From NCBI GenBank assembly GCA_963666515.2, contig OY762897.2, forward strand, positions 3,872,001 to 3,936,000: 64,000 bases of DNA. The letters are read 5' to 3'. The DNA is from Candidatus Binatia bacterium. Lineage in GTDB: Bacteria > Desulfobacterota > Binatia > UBA9968 > JAJDTQ01. The notes below the pieces were generated by a model. That model was not told the origin of the DNA. It saw nothing but the letters and a program-made list of their open reading frames with translations, and made no database searches. The stretch's first letter is position 1; each line of letters begins with the position of its first letter. The position numbers and the translations under genes were made by a program. Below are positions 1 to 8,248 of this stretch, in pieces.

Positions 1-71
1 GGCCGCCGGAGACCACGCCGTAGGACGCCATTGAACATGGCCGACGAAACCAGAAACCGAAAGGCGTGCGC

Positions 72-704
72 ATGAGCGACAAGCCCGAAAACGTGATCCA
101 GTGGATATACTCCTCGCAGAACAACGCCGAACTGGAGGAGCGCTACGACGAGTGGGCCGCGTCCTACGACCGGGACCTCGAAACCGACTTCGGCTGGCTG
201 AGCCCGCGCAAGGCCATGGACGCCTTCGCCAAGCGGGTGCCCAGGCACGGCCGCATCCTGGACGCGGGCGCCGGCACGGGCATCGTGGGGGAGTTGCTGC
301 ACGACGCGGGCTTCGAGTTCCTGGTGGCCATGGACCTGTCCCAGGGGATGCTGGACGAGGCCGCCCGCAAGGGCGTCTACAGTGAGTTCCACCGGATGGC
401 GATGGGTTCCCCGCTGGACTTCCCGCCGCGCTGGTTCGACGGGGTCATCAGCGTGGGCGTCTTTACCGTGGGGCACGCCCCTCCCGGCTCGTTCGACGAA
501 CTGGTGCGCGTGACCCGCCCCGGCGGCCACATCGTCTTCTCGCTTCGCCCGGACACCTACGAGCAGGACGGCTTCCGGGAGAAGCAATCATCGTTGGTGG
601 CCGCGGAGAAATGGACGCTGGTGGAAGAAGGGGAGAAGTATCAGCCCATGCCCAAGGGAGAACCCGAAGTCTACCATCAGGTGTGGACGTACCAGGTGCT
701 GTAG
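72..704 (+). CDS. Class I SAM-dependent methyltransferase (Methyltransf_11/25, WBSCR27-like)
   Basis: Motif I ILDAGAGTG, acidic residue after beta2 (AMDLS), FDGVISVG, and N-terminal YDEWAASYD. ATG at 72 chosen over GTG at 66. Confidence 0.85.
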   Translation: MSDKPENVIQWIYSSQNNAELEERYDEWAASYDRDLETDFGWLSPRKAMDAFAKRVPRHGRILDAGAGTGIVGELLHDAGFEFLVAMDLSQGMLDEAARKGVYSEFHRMAMGSPLDFPPRWFDGVISVGVFTVGHAPPGSFDELVRVTRPGGHIVFSLRPDTYEQDGFREKQSSLVAAEKWTLVEEGEKYQPMPKGEPEVYHQVWTYQVL

Positions 705-720
705 AAAATCGTTGAAACCC

Positions 721-750
721 TTGATGTAGATCGACGGGGAACGGTATAAG
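721..750 (+). promoter_or_regulatory. Possible sigma70-type promoter for the amidohydrolase
   Basis: TTGATG (721-726), 18 nt spacer, TATAAG (745-750) in an AT-richer spacer. Strong SD AAGGAGG precedes the ATG at 791. Confidence 0.35.
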
Positions 751-790
751 GGACAGAAATCAGGGGCGATTCGAAGGAGGTAGAACGATC

Positions 791-1903
791 ATGTCCGGTC
801 AACTGAACACACGCATTATCGACGGCGACGGCCACATCCTGGAGGACAACCCGGGAATCCTGGAGCACATGGAAAAACCCTACCGGGACATCGCCGCCAA
901 GAAGGGCATCATCTTCCCGCCCATCGACCATCTTCACGACGGCCGCGCGGTGGAGACGCCGCCGCTCCGGGACGGACGCGAGAAGGTGGGGCCGGACGGC
1001 TGGCTGCAGTTCCTGGAGGACGTGGGCATCGACTGGACGGTGATGTATCCGACCCAAGGGCTGGGCTACGGCAAGATCGTCAGCCTCGACTACGCCATCG
1101 CTGCCTGCAAGGCGTACAACGACTGGACGTACCACACGTACCTGCAGCGCGACCCGCGCTTCAACGCCATGGGCCTGATCCCCATGCAGGACCCGGAGGA
1201 GGCGGTCAAGGAATTGCGCCGCATCGTCACCGAGCAGGGCATGATGGGCGCCATGATGCCGTCCAACGGCCTGCCGCTGCCGCTGGGCGCCAAGGTCTAC
1301 TGGCCCATCTATGAAGAGGCCGACCGGCTGGGCTGCTGCCTCGCGGTGCACGGCGGCTGCCACGACCGCTTCGGGCTCGACCACATGAACATGTACACGC
1401 CGGTGCACGCGCTGGGCCACCCTTGGGGCATCACCCTCAACTGCGCCAACATCCTGTACAACGGCATCTTCGATCGCTTCCCCAACGTGCGCATCGCCTT
1501 CCTCGAAGGCGGCGTGGCCTGGCTGCTGCTATTGCTGGAGCGCCTGCACGCGTCCCACGAGACGCACTTCCAGTACGTCCCGGACGGCGAGTTCAGCATC
1601 GGCGAGGAAGACGATCCGGCCAGGATCATCAAGCAGCTCATCGAGGAAGACCGTTTCTACCTGGGCATCGAGACCGAAGAGCTGACCCTGCCCTTCGCCA
1701 TCAAGACCGTCGGGCACCGGCCGTTCCTGTACTCGTCGGACTTCCCCCACGAGGTCACCACCAAGAGCTGCATCCACGACATCGGCGAGCTGATGGAGAG
1801 CGAAGAGATCACCGACGACGACAAGGCCGCCATGCTCTATCGCAACGCGGAGCGGTTCTACAAGCCGGAGACCGGGGACGCGCAGGCCGCGGCCAAGGCA
1901 TAA
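791..1903 (+). CDS. Amidohydrolase_2 family metal-dependent hydrolase/decarboxylase
   Basis: IIDGDGH metal motif, AYNDW, AVHGG, FLEGG, YSSDFPH, C-terminal NAERFY. SD AAGGAGG upstream. Confidence 0.9.
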   Translation: MSGQLNTRIIDGDGHILEDNPGILEHMEKPYRDIAAKKGIIFPPIDHLHDGRAVETPPLRDGREKVGPDGWLQFLEDVGIDWTVMYPTQGLGYGKIVSLDYAIAACKAYNDWTYHTYLQRDPRFNAMGLIPMQDPEEAVKELRRIVTEQGMMGAMMPSNGLPLPLGAKVYWPIYEEADRLGCCLAVHGGCHDRFGLDHMNMYTPVHALGHPWGITLNCANILYNGIFDRFPNVRIAFLEGGVAWLLLLLERLHASHETHFQYVPDGEFSIGEEDDPARIIKQLIEEDRFYLGIETEELTLPFAIKTVGHRPFLYSSDFPHEVTTKSCIHDIGELMESEEITDDDKAAMLYRNAERFYKPETGDAQAAAKA

Positions 1904-1932
1904 CCGCTTTCCGCAGCGGTTTCCCGAATCTG

Positions 1933-1967
1933 AAGGGGCAGGGCGTAGGTCACGCTCTGCCCCTTTT
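1933..1967 (+). terminator. Intrinsic terminator-like hairpin
   Basis: AAGGGGCAGGGCGT / ACGCTCTGCCCCTT stem (one G-U pair) ending in TTTT, 30 nt after the amidohydrolase stop. A second hairpin AACCGCT/AGCGGTT lies at 1902-1921. Confidence 0.6.
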
Positions 1968-2015
1968 CAAATGGACGCGCCAGGGACGTCTCAAGTCCCG
2001 AAAAGGAGAAATGTC

Positions 2016-3101
2016 ATGGACGAATGCCGCGCCGCCGTAGTGGTATCCCACAACGAACCCCTGGAGATTCAGAAGGTGCCGGTCCCCGAGCTGGAGCCGG
2101 GGGCGCTGCTGGTGCGTATCGAGGCGTCCACCATCTGCGGCACCGACGTGCACCGCTGGCACGGCCCCCTGGGCGGCGGCGACACGCTGCCCATCATCAC
2201 CGGGCACGAGCCCTGCGGCTACATCGAGGAGATCAACGGCGATCGCACCGACATCCTGGGCAAGCCGGTGAAGCCCGGCGACCGCATCGTCTGGAGCTAC
2301 GTCGCCTGCGGCCACTGTTATTACTGCACCGTGGCGCTGCAGCCCTGCATCTGCCCGGGCCGCGCCTCCTGGGGACACAACCGCAGCGACAAGTATCCGT
2401 ACCTGCTGGGCAGCGTCTCCGAGTACATGTACGTGCCGCCGCCCTGCGAGATCATCAAGGTGCCCGACGACGTGACTTCGGCGTCCGCGGCCGCCTCGGC
2501 CTGCGCCTACCGCACGGTCATGCACGGCTACGACCGCCTCGGCGCCATCAAGAGCCACGAGACCGTGGTGATCCAGGGCAGCGGCCCGCTCGGCAACTTC
2601 GCCACCGCGGTGGCCAAGGACCACGGCGCCAAGCAGGTGCTGGTCATCGGCGCCCCGGCCGCGCGCCTGGAAGTCAGCAAGCGCATGGGCGCCGACGAGG
2701 TGCTGAACCTCGAAGAGGTCACCGACCCCAAGGACCGCCGTCAGTGGGTGCGCGACCACACCGACGGCCGCGGCGGCGACGTGGTGATCCAGGTGGCCAA
2801 CAACATGGCCGTGCCCGAGGGCCTCACCCTGCTGCGCGGCGGCGGCACCTACGTCAACATCGGCGCCGGCGGCAAGGCCGACATCGGCGTCCAGAACCTG
2901 CCCCAGGAGATGATCCTGCACACCATCCGCTCCGGCGAGCCGCGCCACTGGCTCCAGGCCATCGACTTCCTCTCCTCGCGCAAGGACACCTTCCCGTTCG
3001 AGGAGATGATCTCCGCCGAGTACACCCTGGAGCAGGTCAACGAGGCGCTGCACGCCATGGCCAAGTACGAGATCGTCAAGGGGGTCATCTACTTCAACTA
3101 G
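2016..3101 (+). CDS. Zinc-dependent medium-chain alcohol dehydrogenase
   Basis: Catalytic Zn motifs CGTD and GHE, structural Zn CGHCYYC-x7-C, Rossmann GSGPLG. ATG at 2016 follows SD AAGGAG; the ORF track start at 1971 is probably too early. Confidence 0.9.
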   Translation: MDECRAAVVVSHNEPLEIQKVPVPELEPGALLVRIEASTICGTDVHRWHGPLGGGDTLPIITGHEPCGYIEEINGDRTDILGKPVKPGDRIVWSYVACGHCYYCTVALQPCICPGRASWGHNRSDKYPYLLGSVSEYMYVPPPCEIIKVPDDVTSASAAASACAYRTVMHGYDRLGAIKSHETVVIQGSGPLGNFATAVAKDHGAKQVLVIGAPAARLEVSKRMGADEVLNLEEVTDPKDRRQWVRDHTDGRGGDVVIQVANNMAVPEGLTLLRGGGTYVNIGAGGKADIGVQNLPQEMILHTIRSGEPRHWLQAIDFLSSRKDTFPFEEMISAEYTLEQVNEALHAMAKYEIVKGVIYFN

Positions 3102-3161
3102 CAGGGTCAGACCTTGTACGTGGCTATAGGCGACATAACTAGCTGACTACAAGGAGTTTTC

Positions 3162-4163
3162 ATGCGCGCAATCGTCATGGGCGCCGGCCCCATCGGCGGC
3201 ATCATCGGCGGGCGTCTGGCTCGCGCCGGCCAGGACGTCACCTTCGTCGACGTGGACCGCGAACACGTCGCCGCCATCCGCGAAAACGGGCTTCAGGTGG
3301 ACGTCCCTGACGGACCGTTCAACGTGAAGGCCAACGTCGTCTTTCCCGACGAAATCGAGGGAACCTTCGACACGGCCTTCATCGCCGTCCGCTGCAACTA
3401 CACACGAGACACGCTGGCGGCGGCGCTGCCGCACCTGAGCGACGACGGTCTGGTGGTGTCGATGCAGAACGGCATCAACGTCCCGCTCCTGGAGGAGGCA
3501 GTGGGCGCGGATCGGACCGTGGGCATGGGCATCCGCATGGGGAGCCGGCGCACCGCTCCGGGGTGCGTGCACACCTCCACCCGCGGCCACCTCTACGTCG
3601 GCCATTCCCACGGCCGCACGACGCCGCGGCTGCAACAACTCCACGCCATGCTCGACGCCGTGATCCCCAGCGAGACCACCGACAACATCATCGGAGTGCT
3701 GTGGAGCAAGCTCACCTACACCTGCTACGGCTACTACGGCTCGCTGGCCAACACGTCGATGGTGGAAAGCTGCGCAAGCCCCGACGACCGGCGGCTGCTG
3801 GTGGATTTCCTGGGCGAGGTCGTAGCCGTGGGCACGGCCGCCGGCGCCCGGTTCATCCCCCTGCGCGAATACAATCCGCCCGATCTCCATCCCGACAAGC
3901 CCGTGGAAGCGCGCCTGGCCGTGATCAACGGCTACGCGGAGTCCTGGAGGTCGGACGACCTCAAGGGACCCCTCCGGCAACTGCTGAACGGCACCCGGCT
4001 CGAAGTCGAGTTCACGCTGGGCCACGTGGTGCGGGAGAGCGCCCGCCTCGGCCTCTCCACGCCCCTGTGCGACAACCTGCTGGCCATGCTGCTCGACCTG
4101 GAATCGGGCAAGCGCGCCCTCGGCCTCCACAACTACGCCGAGCTGGCAGCCTGCCGCGCCTGA
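3162..4163 (+). CDS. Ketopantoate reductase (PanE/ApbA) family oxidoreductase
   Basis: GAGPIG Rossmann motif, SMQNG, WSKL (catalytic Lys), LEVE. SD AAGGAG upstream. Confidence 0.8.
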   Translation: MRAIVMGAGPIGGIIGGRLARAGQDVTFVDVDREHVAAIRENGLQVDVPDGPFNVKANVVFPDEIEGTFDTAFIAVRCNYTRDTLAAALPHLSDDGLVVSMQNGINVPLLEEAVGADRTVGMGIRMGSRRTAPGCVHTSTRGHLYVGHSHGRTTPRLQQLHAMLDAVIPSETTDNIIGVLWSKLTYTCYGYYGSLANTSMVESCASPDDRRLLVDFLGEVVAVGTAAGARFIPLREYNPPDLHPDKPVEARLAVINGYAESWRSDDLKGPLRQLLNGTRLEVEFTLGHVVRESARLGLSTPLCDNLLAMLLDLESGKRALGLHNYAELAACRA

Positions 4164-4243
4164 CCGACGCTCGCATTCGGCATTCCCGCGCAACAGGTGT
4201 GTCAAACTCCGGCCTGCGTGCGGAAAGGCGACGACGCTCGAAT

Positions 4244-4271
4244 CGTCATTCCGGCGAAAGCCGGCATCCAG
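4244..4271. repeat. Intergenic REP/RPE-like palindrome CGTCATTCCGGCGAAAGCCGGCATCCAG
   Basis: CCGGC-GAAA-GCCGG hairpin. Matches the intragenic copies at 33477 and 60113 at 27/28 nt. A degenerate partial copy (GACGCTCG...CATTCCCGCG) lies at 4166-4190. Confidence 0.85.
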
Positions 4272-4332
4272 GGAACGCTTCGCCGTCTAATGGAATACGG
4301 CGCTCATATTGGGCCACTGGAGGACTCATCAC

Positions 4333-5847
4333 ATGAAGCGTGCCGCGCTGGGACTGTTGATTCTCGTCCTGTTATCGGGAGTGGCCGTCTACTGGCTGAG
4401 TTTCATCCGGGTCACCAACGGCGGGCTGACCTTCGAGAACAAGCTGCTGATTCCCGAGCAGCTATTCGGAACCGTCGTGGACGGCCGCCGGCAGTTCCAC
4501 CTGACCGTTGACGAGGGCAGCCGGGAGTTCCTGCCGGGCAAGCAAACGCCGACGGCCGGCGTCAACGGCCCGTATCTCGGACCGACGGTGCGGCTGCGTC
4601 GAGGCGACGACGTCGATCTGATCGTCCGGAACAACCTGGACGAAATGACGACCATGCACTGGCACGGGGCGCACGTTCCCGCCCGCATGGACGGCACGCC
4701 CCATCAGAAGATCCAGCCAGGCACATCGTGGACCGCCAGCTTCGGGGTCCATCAACAGGCCGCTCCGCTGTGGTACCACCCGCATCCGCACGGCACCACG
4801 GGGCGACACTCCTATATGGGGATCGCCGGCTTCATGTGGATCGACGACGACAACAGCGAGGCGCTGGACCTGCCCAAGACCTACGGCGTCGACGACATTC
4901 CAGTCGTGATCCAGGACAAGCTGTTCACCGACGACGGTGCGTTTAACTTCGCCATCAGCCAGGGCGCCGTTTACGGCGACACCATGCTGGTCAACGGCAC
5001 CTGGAGTCCGTTTCTCCAGGTCGAGTCGCGGCGCATCCGACTCAGACTGTTGAACGGCTCGAACGCGCGGATCTACTACATCGGCTTTGACGACAACCGC
5101 GTGTTTCACCAGATCGCCACCGACGGCGGATTCCTCGATACACCCCTCCAGACCAACCGCGTGACCCTCGCTCCCGGCGAGAGGGCCGAGATCCTGGTGG
5201 ACTTCAGCGACGGCGCCGAGGTGGTGTTGAAGAGCTACCCGGAAGCCGATTTTCTGGACACCATCGGGTCGTTTTTCGTGGGACTCGGCAACGGGCACCT
5301 GGACTTGTTGAAGATCGTTCCCCGGCCGGCAAAACGCGCATCTCACGCGCTGCCGGAGCGCCTCAACACCATCTCCCGCATCAAGGCCGCGGACGCCGCC
5401 AAGACCCGCCCGATGGTATTGGGAGGGCTTTTGCGGGACGGAACGCCGGCCGGACCAGGTATGGGGCCGCCGATCAACGGCAAGCTGATGGATATGGAGC
5501 GAATCGACGAGGTCGTGCGATTGGGAGACATCGAGATCTGGGAAGTGAGCAATCCCGGCGGTCAGGACCACCCCTTCCACGTCCACCTGGTCCAGTTCCA
5601 GATTCTCGATCGCAACGGCCAGCCGCCCACCGGCGCCGAACTCGGCTGGAAAGACACGGTCCTGGTGTCTGCCGGCGATACCGTCCGCATCATCATGCCC
5701 TTCGACCGATATGCCGACCCCCAGGTCCCATACATGTACCACTGCCACATCATGGAACACGAAGACGCCGGCATGATGGGACAGTTCCTGGTCGTGAAAG
5801 ACCCGGAGAAACTCGGCAACCGCACGAGAAATCCGCGGGACAGGTAA
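4333..5847 (+). CDS. Three-domain multicopper oxidase (CueO/CotA-like)
   Basis: All four Cu motifs present: HWHG, WYHPHPH, HPFHVH, HCHIMEHEDAGM (axial Met). N-terminal hydrophobic anchor. ATG at 4333 follows GGAGG. Confidence 0.92.
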   Translation: MKRAALGLLILVLLSGVAVYWLSFIRVTNGGLTFENKLLIPEQLFGTVVDGRRQFHLTVDEGSREFLPGKQTPTAGVNGPYLGPTVRLRRGDDVDLIVRNNLDEMTTMHWHGAHVPARMDGTPHQKIQPGTSWTASFGVHQQAAPLWYHPHPHGTTGRHSYMGIAGFMWIDDDNSEALDLPKTYGVDDIPVVIQDKLFTDDGAFNFAISQGAVYGDTMLVNGTWSPFLQVESRRIRLRLLNGSNARIYYIGFDDNRVFHQIATDGGFLDTPLQTNRVTLAPGERAEILVDFSDGAEVVLKSYPEADFLDTIGSFFVGLGNGHLDLLKIVPRPAKRASHALPERLNTISRIKAADAAKTRPMVLGGLLRDGTPAGPGMGPPINGKLMDMERIDEVVRLGDIEIWEVSNPGGQDHPFHVHLVQFQILDRNGQPPTGAELGWKDTVLVSAGDTVRIIMPFDRYADPQVPYMYHCHIMEHEDAGMMGQFLVVKDPEKLGNRTRNPRDR

Positions 5848-5892
5848 TACACGGGCGCCCTCGGTCTCATCAACTGCATTTGCTGGCCGCTA

Positions 5893-5921
5893 TGGACAAA
5901 TTTTACTTATGACCCCATAAT
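5893..5921 (+). promoter_or_regulatory. sigma70-type promoter, probably giving a leaderless mRNA
   Basis: TGGACA, 17 nt spacer, CATAAT. The ATG at 5928 is 7 nt after the -10 box and there is no SD. Confidence 0.65.
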
Positions 5922-5927
5922 ATCCGG

Positions 5928-7139
5928 ATGCAGTATCCCAGGATACTCGGCGACCGGCTGCTCCGGCTTGCGGCGCACTTTCCCGCGGTGGTGGTCACCG
6001 GCGCGCGGCAGGCGGGCAAGACGACCCTGATGCGCGCCACCTTCCCGGATCATCACTACGTTTCCCTGGACCTGCCCACCACGGCCGATCAGGCCGAGCG
6101 CAACCCGGACCTGTTCCTGCACCACCATCCGGCGCCGGTGCTCATCGACGAGGTGCAGTACGCGCCCGGCCTGTTCCGCCACCTCAAGGCGGCCATCGAT
6201 GACCGTCGCCACGACATGGGCCGCTACATCCTCACCGGGAGCCAGAACTTCACGCTGATGAAGGGGATCTCGGACAGTCTTGCCGGCCGTTGCGGGATCG
6301 TGGAGCTGGAAAACCTGGCGTTGCGCGAGATCGACGCCGTGACCCCTCCCGGTGACGACGCGGCCAGCCTCGCCGGACTGATGGCCCGGGGGCAGTTCCC
6401 GGAGCTGTGGCGCGCCCCGGAACTGCCGGCCGCGGATTTCTTCGCCGCCTATCTGGCCACCTACCTCGAACGCGACGTACGGCAGATCCTCAACGTCGCG
6501 AGCCTGCGGGATTTCGAGCGTTTCGTGCGCGTCCTGGCGGCGCGATCGGCGGCCATGCTCAACAAGAGCGACGTCGCCCGGGACACCGGGGTGGCGGTGA
6601 AGACCGTCGGGGAGTGGGTGAGCGTGCTCCAGGCGTCCGGCCAGATCGTGCTGCTGGAACCCTGGCACGTGAGCTTCGGCAAACGCGTGGTGAAGACGCC
6701 CAAGGTCTATTTCCGTGACAGCGGCCTCCTCTGCTTCCTGTTGGGGCTCGACGCCTCCACGCTGCTCGCGTCGCCGGCCCTGGGCGCCGTATGGGAGACC
6801 TTCGTGTTCGCGGAGATGCGCAAGCTGAACGAGGCCGAGTCCGCGCCTGCCAACTTCTGGTACTATCGCGACCAGCGCGGCCAGGAGGTGGACTTCGTGC
6901 GCGACGCCGGCGGCGTCCTCAGCCTCATGGAGTGCAAATGGAGCGAGCGGCCCACCCTGCGCGACGCGCGCGGCCTGCTCCGGGTGAGCGCTGGGCTGGC
7001 TGCATCCAACAGCCCCTGGCGCCCCGGCCCGCACTACGTCATCGGCCGGCCCGCGTCCAGCCATTCCCTCGGCGAAGGCGTGACCGCGGTGGCGTTGCGC
7101 GACCTCCCCGCCATCGTCTCCGGGAACGAGCCCGCCTGA
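5928..7139 (+). CDS. ATP-binding protein, AAA_14 + DUF4143 (C-terminal nuclease-like fold)
   Basis: Walker A GARQAGKT, Walker B LIDEVQ, LTGSQ, SLAGR, KTPKVYFRDSG, and YRDQ...EVDF...ECK at the C-terminus. Confidence 0.9.
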   Translation: MQYPRILGDRLLRLAAHFPAVVVTGARQAGKTTLMRATFPDHHYVSLDLPTTADQAERNPDLFLHHHPAPVLIDEVQYAPGLFRHLKAAIDDRRHDMGRYILTGSQNFTLMKGISDSLAGRCGIVELENLALREIDAVTPPGDDAASLAGLMARGQFPELWRAPELPAADFFAAYLATYLERDVRQILNVASLRDFERFVRVLAARSAAMLNKSDVARDTGVAVKTVGEWVSVLQASGQIVLLEPWHVSFGKRVVKTPKVYFRDSGLLCFLLGLDASTLLASPALGAVWETFVFAEMRKLNEAESAPANFWYYRDQRGQEVDFVRDAGGVLSLMECKWSERPTLRDARGLLRVSAGLAASNSPWRPGPHYVIGRPASSHSLGEGVTAVALRDLPAIVSGNEPA

Positions 7140-7259
7140 CCGGCCGCGCTGGACACCGTTGCCTCTCCGCTTCCAAAGACGTAGTTATGGCATAGCCTGG
7201 AACTACGGCCTCCAGGCGAGACGAGGCCGCCAACGAGAAGCCAATCAGGAGAAACGCAC

Positions 7260-8240
7260 ATGGAATACCGCCAGTTCGGCGCCACCGATTGCAAGGTGTC
7301 GCCCATGGGGCTCGGCTGTCTGAGCATGTCGGGCATGTACGGCGCGGGTGACGACGACGAGTCCATCGCTACCCTGCACCGGGCCTTCGACCTCGGCATC
7401 AACTTCCTCGACACCTCGGCCAGCTACGGCAACGGCCACAACCACGTGCTCATCGGCAAGGCCATCAAGGGGAGGCGCGACCAGGTGGTGATCCATTCCA
7501 AGTCGGGCAGCCCGCGGGCCGCCGACGGCGCCGGCCTCGACGGCGGCAGCTCGCCCGAGTATCTCGTCCAGACCTGCGAGGAGAGCCTCCAGCGGCTGGG
7601 CATCGACTGCCTGGACATCTACTGCATGTCCCGCATCGACCCCGCGGTCCCGGTGGAGGAATCGGTAGGCGGCATGGCGCGGCTGGTGGAGCAGGGCAAG
7701 ACCCGCTACATCGGCCTCTCCGAGGCCAGCGCCGACTCCATTCGCCGCGCGCAAAAGGTCCACCCCGTCGTCTCGCTCCAGATCGAGTACTCGCTGTGGT
7801 CCCGCGACCCCGAGCAGGGCAACATCGAGGCCTGCCGCGAGTTCGGCATGGGCCTCATGGCCTACTCGCCCCTGGGCCGCGGCTTCTTCGCCGGCGCCGT
7901 CCGCAGCCTGAACGAGCTGGGTGAACGCGACGGCCGCCGCAACCAGCCCCGCCTCCAGCCCGGCAACATCGAGAAGAACCTGGAGCTGTTGGCTCAGGTG
8001 GACGAGGTCGCCCGGGACAAGGGCGTCACCACCACCCAGCTCGCCCTGGCCTGGCTCATGGCCCAGGGCCCCGACATCATCCCCATCCCCAGCAGCAAGA
8101 GCCGCGACCACCTGGAAGAGAACGTCAAGGCCGTGGACGTGAAGCTCACCGGCGAGGACCTGGCGCGGCTGGACGCCATCCTCCCCTACGGCGCCGCGGC
8201 CGGCAACCGGACGCGGGACATGAAGCGGGTGAACGTGTAG
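7260..8240 (+). CDS. Aldo/keto reductase (IolS/AKR13-like)
   Basis: GLGCLSM, FLDTSASYG, SLQRLGID, IGLSE, QIEYSL, AYSPLGRG, LALAW, IPIP motifs. Confidence 0.9.
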   Translation: MEYRQFGATDCKVSPMGLGCLSMSGMYGAGDDDESIATLHRAFDLGINFLDTSASYGNGHNHVLIGKAIKGRRDQVVIHSKSGSPRAADGAGLDGGSSPEYLVQTCEESLQRLGIDCLDIYCMSRIDPAVPVEESVGGMARLVEQGKTRYIGLSEASADSIRRAQKVHPVVSLQIEYSLWSRDPEQGNIEACREFGMGLMAYSPLGRGFFAGAVRSLNELGERDGRRNQPRLQPGNIEKNLELLAQVDEVARDKGVTTTQLALAWLMAQGPDIIPIPSSKSRDHLEENVKAVDVKLTGEDLARLDAILPYGAAAGNRTRDMKRVNV

Positions 8241-8248
8241 TCCGCCGG

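Noticed and set aside
4197-4511. 104-aa ORF containing VIPAKAGIQ
   Set aside because: This is the REP palindrome read in another frame, running into the oxidase gene. It has no independent support.
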